A stretch of DNA of 32,000 bases from Vulcanisaeta distributa DSM 14429 (GTDB taxonomy: Archaea; Thermoproteota; Thermoprotei; Thermoproteales; Thermocladiaceae). The stretch covers positions 1,860,001-1,892,000 of the forward strand of contig NC_014537.1 in the NCBI RefSeq assembly GCF_000148385.1, written 5' to 3'. Shown here piece after piece: positions 26,126 to 32,000 of the stretch (its first letter is position 1; each line of letters opens with the position of its first letter). Below the pieces are notes generated by a model that worked only from the letters and a program-made list of their open reading frames with translations, searched no databases and had not been told where the DNA came from. The translations under genes and the position numbers were made by a program.

Positions 26126-27781
26126 ATGAGTTATACCCATTGGGTTGATAGGATAGCGAACCAAGTTCTTGAGAGGTGCCGTAGTGAGGGTAAGGATGAG
26201 TGCGTACTTAACGGCGGCTTAAGTGTTTCTGGGCTTCAACACATTGGTAGGCTTAGGGGTGAGATAATACTGAATAGCATCATCGCCGAGAAATTAAGGG
26301 ATGCAGGATTAAGGGTTAAGCAGGTCCTGACTCTATACACGATGGATCCCTGGAAGGGTAAGGATAAGCAGCTTGAGCAGTTCCTGAATCCTGAGGTTGG
26401 TAGGAAGTACGTTGAATGGCCTCTCGAGCGCGTTCCTGACCCTAAGGGTTGCCATAAGTCCTGGGTTGATCATTACTGGAGGGACTTTGGTGATTACCTT
26501 GATTATTTTGCAAAGAATGTTGAGGTTATAACAACCGGCGAAATGTACAGGGAGCATCCCAGGATGAGGGAGTTTATAGTAATGACTATGAGGAATAGGG
26601 AGAAGTTAATTGAGGTCATTAATAAGTATAGGGGTAGGAACCCGTATCCAAAGGACTGGATACCCTTCGAACCGATATGCGAGAACTGTGGTAGGATTGG
26701 TACTGCGGAGGTCACGAAACTGGATTTGGATAAGTACGAGGTTGAGTATAGGTGCACGTATTGCGGCCATGTTGGTAGGGCTAAGTTAACTGATGGTAAG
26801 CTTCCATGGAGGGTTGAGTGGGTTGGTGTTTGGTACACGTTGCAGGTTGACTTTGAGCCTTACGGCAAAGATCATGCAATGCCCGGTGGTTCCAGGGACT
26901 CCGCAGTTGAGATCGCGAAGACCGTTTATGGTGTCAACCCACCATTGGGTACTTGGTATGAGTGGGTTGGTTATGTGGTTAATGGTAAGGACGTAGGCGA
27001 TATGGGTAGCAGTGACTTCATAGGTTTTACACCGAGGGAGTGGGTTGAGGTTGCGGAGCCTGAGGTTCTTAGGTACATATACATATTCCATGAACCAACG
27101 AAGAGGCTTACCTTCAGTCTCGACTCTATCTATCAATACGTGGATATATATGATAGGGCTGAGCGCCTTTACTATGGCGTTGACAAGCCAAGCCCTAAGG
27201 AGAAGGATTACCTTGACCTAATTATCAAGTCCTACGAGTATGCACAACTAAGGAGACCATTGCCTAAGGAAATGCCCTTCCAATTACCATACCTACATGC
27301 CGTTGCACTTATCCAGACATTACCCCAATCACTGGGTGAGGAGGAACTTATGGAGAGAGTTATCAAGAGACTGAAGGAGACCAAGATACTCACTAAGGAA
27401 TTGGACGATCTATCCCGTGAGAGGATTAAATCAAGGCTCATTAGGGCCCGTAATTGGGTCAATAAGTATGCACCTGAGACATATAGGATTAGGGTTCTTA
27501 ATGAGTTACCTGATTCAATAAGGGCGTCATTAACAGACATCCAAAGGAGTAAACTGGGCTTGCTACTTCAGGAGCTTGAGAAGATTGATGTTTGGAATGA
27601 GGATAACATTAAGGAGGCGATGAAGAGGGTCCCCAGGGAAAATAAGGATGTTGAGAAGACATTCTTTGAGGCCACATACCTAATATTCTTTGGTAAGCCA
27701 AGCGGCCCAAGGATCGCGCCTTACCTGGCAATGCTTGGTAAGGATTTTGTCCTTAATAGGTTAAGGGATGCATTGAGGTGA
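26126..27781 (+). CDS. lysK: Lysyl-tRNA synthetase, class I
   Basis: HWVDRIANQVLE N-terminus, HIGH-like LQHIGRLRGE, Zn-ribbon CENCGR...CTYCGH insertion, length about 550 aa. ATG at 26126 is preferred over the upstream TTG at 26072. Confidence 0.9.
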   Translation: MSYTHWVDRIANQVLERCRSEGKDECVLNGGLSVSGLQHIGRLRGEIILNSIIAEKLRDAGLRVKQVLTLYTMDPWKGKDKQLEQFLNPEVGRKYVEWPLERVPDPKGCHKSWVDHYWRDFGDYLDYFAKNVEVITTGEMYREHPRMREFIVMTMRNREKLIEVINKYRGRNPYPKDWIPFEPICENCGRIGTAEVTKLDLDKYEVEYRCTYCGHVGRAKLTDGKLPWRVEWVGVWYTLQVDFEPYGKDHAMPGGSRDSAVEIAKTVYGVNPPLGTWYEWVGYVVNGKDVGDMGSSDFIGFTPREWVEVAEPEVLRYIYIFHEPTKRLTFSLDSIYQYVDIYDRAERLYYGVDKPSPKEKDYLDLIIKSYEYAQLRRPLPKEMPFQLPYLHAVALIQTLPQSLGEEELMERVIKRLKETKILTKELDDLSRERIKSRLIRARNWVNKYAPETYRIRVLNELPDSIRASLTDIQRSKLGLLLQELEKIDVWNEDNIKEAMKRVPRENKDVEKTFFEATYLIFFGKPSGPRIAPYLAMLGKDFVLNRLRDALR

Positions 27782-27787
27782 TTACTA

Positions 27788-28102
27788 ATGTCTAAGCTAT
27801 TAACAGCGGCCATAGTCCTTGCTGTGATTGTGTATGCCGTTTTATTATCGTCATTAGCCGGCACGTATTTACCCAGCAAGGGTAATTTTGCGCTTGAAAT
27901 CACAGTACTCGTATTGGCACTGATTAGTTTCTTCGCATCATTTCTATCGATTAAGCAGACGTGGTATGACGTTAACACCGCATACACAGATAGGGAATTG
28001 ATAATTGGGAAATTAAAGAGAATTCTAGCGTTTTTCTCACTGGGCCTGAATATTGTTAACATAATTCTGGTTTTCGCGTATGTGCTTATTGTGGTTATTT
28101 AA
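27788..28102 (+). CDS. Small hypothetical membrane protein (3 predicted TM helices)
   Basis: 104 aa. Hydrophobic segments AAIVLAVIVYAVLLSSLAG, ITVLVLALISFFASFLSI and ILAFFSLGLNIVNIILVFAYVLIVVI. Starts 6 nt after the lysK stop. Confidence 0.6.
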   Translation: MSKLLTAAIVLAVIVYAVLLSSLAGTYLPSKGNFALEITVLVLALISFFASFLSIKQTWYDVNTAYTDRELIIGKLKRILAFFSLGLNIVNIILVFAYVLIVVI

Positions 28103-28131
28103 AATAATAAATTATCTTCATTTAAATTCAA

Positions 28132-29589
28132 TTACTTCTTAATCAGAGCCCTCAATTGATTAAGCTCCTTATCCTTACTCTCAATGATCTTCATTAGCTC
28201 CTCCCTCTCCTTAAGTAACTGCTCGTATTTCTTACGTACGTCTTGGCACTCACTTTCAATCTTATTAATCTCCCTCATCTTACTCTCCAACTCCTCCCTC
28301 TCCCTATCAAGCTTCTCCCTTAACTCAACCAATGTATTCTCCCTAATAATTAACGCCCTCTGGTAATTCATTAACTCCCTCTCCTTATCAAGAAGTCTCT
28401 TCTCCCAATCCGTGAGCCTCTTCTCCTCTTCAACAAGTTTCGTTATTAACGGCTCAAGCTTATCCAAAAGCTCCCTCCTCCTCTTATTAATCTCCTCATC
28501 AAGCTTCTTCAGCGTGTCCTCCCTCTCCTTAAGCAGGTTCTCCAGAGAATTAAGCCTACCCTCTTTATCCTTAAGTTCAGCCTCTAGCTTATTCAGCATT
28601 TCCTGCCTCTCATTCAGCTTCCTCTCAAGCTCCTTAAGTTCAGCCTCCCTCCGCGCCAACTGCTCAAGTCTCTCCTTAATCTCCTGCTCCCTCTTCTCCA
28701 ACTCCCTAAGCCTGGCATTCTCGGCGTCAATCCTTACAGCTTCCATCTCAAGTCTCTGCTCACGGGACTTCAACTCAACCTCCCAATCCCTAAGCTTAGC
28801 CTCCTTCTCATTAAGTGCCTTCTCCCTTTCAGCCAGGTCCTTCTCTCTATTATCAAGATCGCTAAGTCTCGCAGTTAATTGATTAGAGAGGGCTATAAGG
28901 GACGCCATCACACTGCTCATCTCAGCTAACTTGGCTTTCTCCTCCTCAAGTGCTTTCCTATCGCTCTCAAGTCTTTGCCTAAGCTCCTCAAGGCTCTTCT
29001 CCCTGATCGAAACATCACTCTCCCTCCTACTTATATCGAGTAACTTATTCTCCAGGTCCTTCTCCCTATTAAGGACCTCGTTATATACCTTGTTCAATTC
29101 TGCCAGCAAATTGCTTAACTTAGATACCTCTGAAACGAGGGTTGATGCCTTATCAACTCCGCTCTCAATTTTAGCATTTAGGTCCTTAACATTATTATTT
29201 ATTGATTCAAGGGTTGTATTGACACTTACGAGGCTCTGTTGCATGTTGCTTGATAATCCCTGAAGTCTGTCTAGGAGGTTATTTATTTTCTCAAGTGCGT
29301 CAAATAGGGAGTCCATAAGCTTCTTACTTGTGTCGTTGAATTGATTAACGATGGTATTCATTTGGGCGACTCTACTGGCTATGTCTGTGGTTGATGAGTT
29401 TATGACCTTAATTGCGTCTTGCAACGTTTTATCGTTCCTCTCAATTCCGGCTGAAATGGCCTGAAGGTTCTTCTGCATTTGATTGGCGCTATTAATTAGT
29501 GCTTGAACGTTCTGCTGTAATGCCTGGAGTAAATTGCTTATGTCGTTAATCCTCTGGTAAAGCTCTGATGCCTCCTTAGACCTGAACAC
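28132..29589 (-). CDS. Large coiled-coil protein, function unknown
   Basis: 485 aa, GTG start. The N-terminal ~170 aa are N/Q/S/L-rich helical. The C-terminal ~315 aa are E/K/R/L heptads (REKDLAE REKALNE KEAKLRD WEVELKS REQRLEM ...). No enzymatic motif, no TM helix. Confidence 0.75.
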   Translation of the reverse strand: MFRSKEASELYQRINDISNLLQALQQNVQALINSANQMQKNLQAISAGIERNDKTLQDAIKVINSSTTDIASRVAQMNTIVNQFNDTSKKLMDSLFDALEKINNLLDRLQGLSSNMQQSLVSVNTTLESINNNVKDLNAKIESGVDKASTLVSEVSKLSNLLAELNKVYNEVLNREKDLENKLLDISRRESDVSIREKSLEELRQRLESDRKALEEEKAKLAEMSSVMASLIALSNQLTARLSDLDNREKDLAEREKALNEKEAKLRDWEVELKSREQRLEMEAVRIDAENARLRELEKREQEIKERLEQLARREAELKELERKLNERQEMLNKLEAELKDKEGRLNSLENLLKEREDTLKKLDEEINKRRRELLDKLEPLITKLVEEEKRLTDWEKRLLDKERELMNYQRALIIRENTLVELREKLDREREELESKMREINKIESECQDVRKKYEQLLKEREELMKIIESKDKELNQLRALIKK

Positions 29590-29673
29590 GGTACGTATTT
29601 TAAATAGGGGAACTAATATATTTTGCTTTTATTATTCTAAATGGAATTGAATGTAATGAGAAACAACATAAAA

Positions 29674-30255
29674 CTAAGTCTTGCCAGAACCCTTACCCAG
29701 GACATCCAAAATAACTGACTTAAGTCCCTCAATCATCTCAGAACTTTTTCTATACTCAGAGATCAACCTAATACCCTGCTCCTCAATTAATTTCTGAAGC
29801 TCATTAAGCCGTGTCGCAACATTGGATAATTGATTCGTGATCTCAACAACCTGGTTAACGTCAAGAGCTCTATACTCCCTCAAATCCATCGTGGTCTTCG
29901 CTAATAAATCCACGGCATTCTCAATCTTACTTTGCAAGGATGATACTGAATCCCTATACGCAATTAGCGAAGCCTCAATCCTCGTCAACTCCCTTAATGT
30001 GTTAGATAACATGCCCACTAACTCAGCCATACTCTGCGGAGTTATGCCGCTGACTAATTCCTGAGCCTTAATTAAACTAGATAGGGATTTTTCAATTTCA
30101 TTAACCCTACCCTCCAAGCTCTCAACCCTAGTACTTAGATCTGCCAGGTTCCTGGATAATTGATCAACTTTACTATTCAAGTTCATCAACTCCCTAAGAA
30201 TCCTAGCTATTGGATCCTCACGTGGAGGTGGGGGTGGCGCTGGGTAATAACCCAT
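29674..30255 (-). CDS. Coiled-coil protein with proline-rich N-terminus, function unknown
   Basis: 193 aa, MGYYPAPPPPPREDP followed by N/S/L/E-rich heptad helices that resemble the N-terminal half of the neighbouring 485-aa protein in composition. Confidence 0.7.
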   Translation of the reverse strand: MGYYPAPPPPPREDPIARILRELMNLNSKVDQLSRNLADLSTRVESLEGRVNEIEKSLSSLIKAQELVSGITPQSMAELVGMLSNTLRELTRIEASLIAYRDSVSSLQSKIENAVDLLAKTTMDLREYRALDVNQVVEITNQLSNVATRLNELQKLIEEQGIRLISEYRKSSEMIEGLKSVILDVLGKGSGKT

Positions 30256-30310
30256 TGTAAATAAACCAATGCATTAATTACTTAAATATTTATCTTGTGA
30301 TTACCAATTA

Positions 30311-31024
30311 ATGACGTACATATCCCCAAGGGCAAAAATACTAAGTAAAAACGTGAGCAGGAACGTAGTAGTGCTGGGTCCCACAGTAATTAATGAGGGT
30401 ACGATAGTGGAACCCCTCGTTATTATAGGTCACCCAATAAGGTCGAAGCTCCTGAGCGTGAGAGATAAGGGTTCAGTCATTGAGCAGTTAATGGATGATG
30501 TCAGTAGTGGCGCAGTAATTGGTAGAAACTGTATAATTAGGAGTAATGTCATCATTTATGAGAATGTGGAGATAGGCGATGGCGTTGAGACAGGGCATAA
30601 CGCGTTAATTAGGGAGAATACGAGGGTTGGTGCGAATACTAGGATTGGGTCTGGGGTTATAATTGATGGGGACACGGTAATCGGAAGTAACGTTAGTATA
30701 CAGAGTATGGTCTACATACCGAGGGGTACGGTCATTGAGGATAACGTATTCCTGGGACCCAATGTCGTGATAACAAATGATAAATACCCACCGAGTAGGA
30801 GACTTGATGGCGTTAAGATTAGGAGGAACGCCGTTATTGGCGCCAACGCAACCCTGATAGCGGGCATTGAGGTTGGGGAGAACGCTGTGGTTGCGGCTGG
30901 CGCTGTCGTGACCAGGGACGTACCACCGGGGGAGGTCGTTGCCGGTGTGCCCGCCAGGCCCATCTACAGCGTCGATGTTTTTATTAAAAAGAGGATTGAG
31001 TATGAAAGATCAGAGGCCCCTTAA
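30311..31024 (+). CDS. Hexapeptide-repeat (left-handed beta-helix) acyl/acetyltransferase
   Basis: Consecutive [LIV]-G-x-x-x-x hexapeptides ([49 protein letters not shown]...). 237 aa. Confidence 0.8.
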   Translation: MTYISPRAKILSKNVSRNVVVLGPTVINEGTIVEPLVIIGHPIRSKLLSVRDKGSVIEQLMDDVSSGAVIGRNCIIRSNVIIYENVEIGDGVETGHNALIRENTRVGANTRIGSGVIIDGDTVIGSNVSIQSMVYIPRGTVIEDNVFLGPNVVITNDKYPPSRRLDGVKIRRNAVIGANATLIAGIEVGENAVVAAGAVVTRDVPPGEVVAGVPARPIYSVDVFIKKRIEYERSEAP

Positions 31025-32000
31025 CGTTCTCCTAAGGTTTCTAGCCATCTCCTCAAATCTGGCAATATCCTGCTTAGACAGTGATGGTGGAACGACCTTA
31101 AGGGCCTCTTCAAAATGCTCAATACCGACAGGCTTAACCTGGTTAGTATTACTCCTAATGGTTTCTCTCAAAGCCAGCATCGCGGCTTCCCTAACCAATG
31201 CCGCTAAATCAGCCCCTGTGTATCCCTCGGTCCTTCTGGCCAGGTCTCTGAGGTACTTATAGTTTCCATCCTTAACATCATCAGCGAGCTTTAAGCCCCT
31301 AATGTGGACCTTAAGTATCTCAAACCTGGCATTCGCATCGGGTGGTGGTACGTAAACAATCCTATCGAACCTACCTGGCCTTAATAAGGCTGGGTCTATT
31401 ATATCGGCTCTATTCGTCGCCGCAATAACCACGACATTCTTCAATGGTGCGATACCGTCCATTTCGGCTAATAATTGATTAACAATCCTATCAGTGGCCC
31501 CACTATCAACCCTCAAGCCCCTTGCTGGTGCTATTGCGTCTATTTCGTCGAAGAATATTACGCATGGTGCTGCCATTCTTGCTTTTTTGAATATTTCCCT
31601 GATTGCTCTCTCGCTTTCTCCGAACCACTTGCTCAGTATTTCAGGACCACGAACAGCAATAAAATTCGCATTACTCTCCGTAGCCACAGCCTTAGCCAAA
31701 AGAGTCTTACCAGTACCAGGAGGACCAAACAACAAAATACCCTTAGGAGGCTCAACACCGAGCTCCTCAAAGTACCTTGGGTACTTAAGTGGCCATTCAA
31801 CCATTTCCTTAAGCTCTTGCTTCACGTTCTCGTAACCACCAATATCATCCCAGTGAACCTCAGGAACCTCAACAATGACTTCCCTAAGCACCGTTGGTTG
31901 TATGTACTTCATGGCCTCTAGGAAGTCCCTCATCCTAATCCTAATCCTGGCCAACTGCTCAGGCGGTATCTGTGGTTGATCCAAATCAATCTCCTTAGTA
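31010..32000 (-). CDS. cdc48: Cdc48/VCP-type AAA+ ATPase, C-terminal (D2) part. The gene continues beyond the window end.
   Basis: Walker A GPPGTGKT, Walker B VIFFDEID, second region of homology, and the D1-D2 linker [20 protein letters not shown]. The frame stays open to 32000 (the track start codon is an internal TTG). Confidence 0.9.
   Translation of the reverse strand, partial: TKEIDLDQPQIPPEQLARIRIRMRDFLEAMKYIQPTVLREVIVEVPEVHWDDIGGYENVKQELKEMVEWPLKYPRYFEELGVEPPKGILLFGPPGTGKTLLAKAVATESNANFIAVRGPEILSKWFGESERAIREIFKKARMAAPCVIFFDEIDAIAPARGLRVDSGATDRIVNQLLAEMDGIAPLKNVVVIAATNRADIIDPALLRPGRFDRIVYVPPPDANARFEILKVHIRGLKLADDVKDGNYKYLRDLARRTEGYTGADLAALVREAAMLALRETIRSNTNQVKPVGIEHFEEALKVVPPSLSKQDIARFEEMARNLRRTLRGL

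Noticed and set aside
27721-28062. 113-aa minus-strand ORF overlapping the small membrane protein gene
   Set aside because: It is antisense to an ORF with clear TM-helix periodicity that follows lysK directly. It would also overlap the lysK 3' end and lacks promoter or start context.
28184-29263. Three plus-strand ORFs (60, 156 and 110 aa) encoding Ser/Leu/Phe-rich low-complexity proteins
   Set aside because: They are antisense shadows of the purine-rich coiled-coil gene (28132-29589). Their composition is the complement of E/K/R/L codons, and they have no start context or promoter.
31475-31921. Plus-strand ORFs (148 and 113 aa) within the Cdc48 region
   Set aside because: They are antisense to an unmistakable AAA+ D2 domain and are low-complexity Ser/Leu/Pro-rich translations.
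1-32000. Search for CRISPR arrays, rRNA genes, IS elements, toxin-antitoxin pairs or known defence genes
   Set aside because: Reading by eye, I found no regularly spaced direct repeats, no rRNA-like sequence, and no transposase, integrase, nuclease-helicase or other defence-type ORFs in the six-frame track. A repeat finder and HMM scan would be needed to exclude them formally.

Overview
Gene-dense, moderately AT-rich archaeal chromosome segment. AGG/AGA arginine codons, TATA-like boxes about 27-32 nt upstream of start codons (leaderless style), an intron-containing tRNA and archaeal-type enzymes point to a crenarchaeon. It looks Thermoproteales-like (Vulcanisaeta/Caldivirga-like), but that assignment is inference, not a search result. 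Most of the window is housekeeping: UPF0179 fragment, M42 peptidase, pgk-gap operon, KH/Pno1-like protein, ribosomal protein S3Ae, Pcc1-like protein, a Tes/GDGT-MAS-like radical SAM enzyme, a TrmB-family regulator, SerRS, a four-subunit 2-oxoacid:ferredoxin oxidoreductase operon, class I LysRS and a Cdc48 fragment. Two accessory-type loci stand out. One is a copper-resistance locus: TRASH-domain regulator, YHS chaperone and CopA P-type ATPase, with MTH1187-like and YkgJ-like genes downstream. The other is a starch/maltodextrin utilisation cluster: membrane-anchored GH57 enzyme, ABC permeases and binding protein, and a cytoplasmic GH13, ending beside an intron-containing tRNA-Glu(UUC). No CRISPR array, transposase, integrase or recognisable defence system was seen. 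The best candidate for something undescribed is the cluster at 27.8-30.3 kb: a small 3-TM protein followed by two adjacent family-less coiled-coil proteins, one with a poly-proline N-terminus and one with a roughly 300-aa E/K/R heptad rod. Next is the tRNA-Glu(UUC) / GG-terminated ubiquitin-like protein / LysRS adjacency. Both are hypotheses from sequence reading only. No database search could be run.
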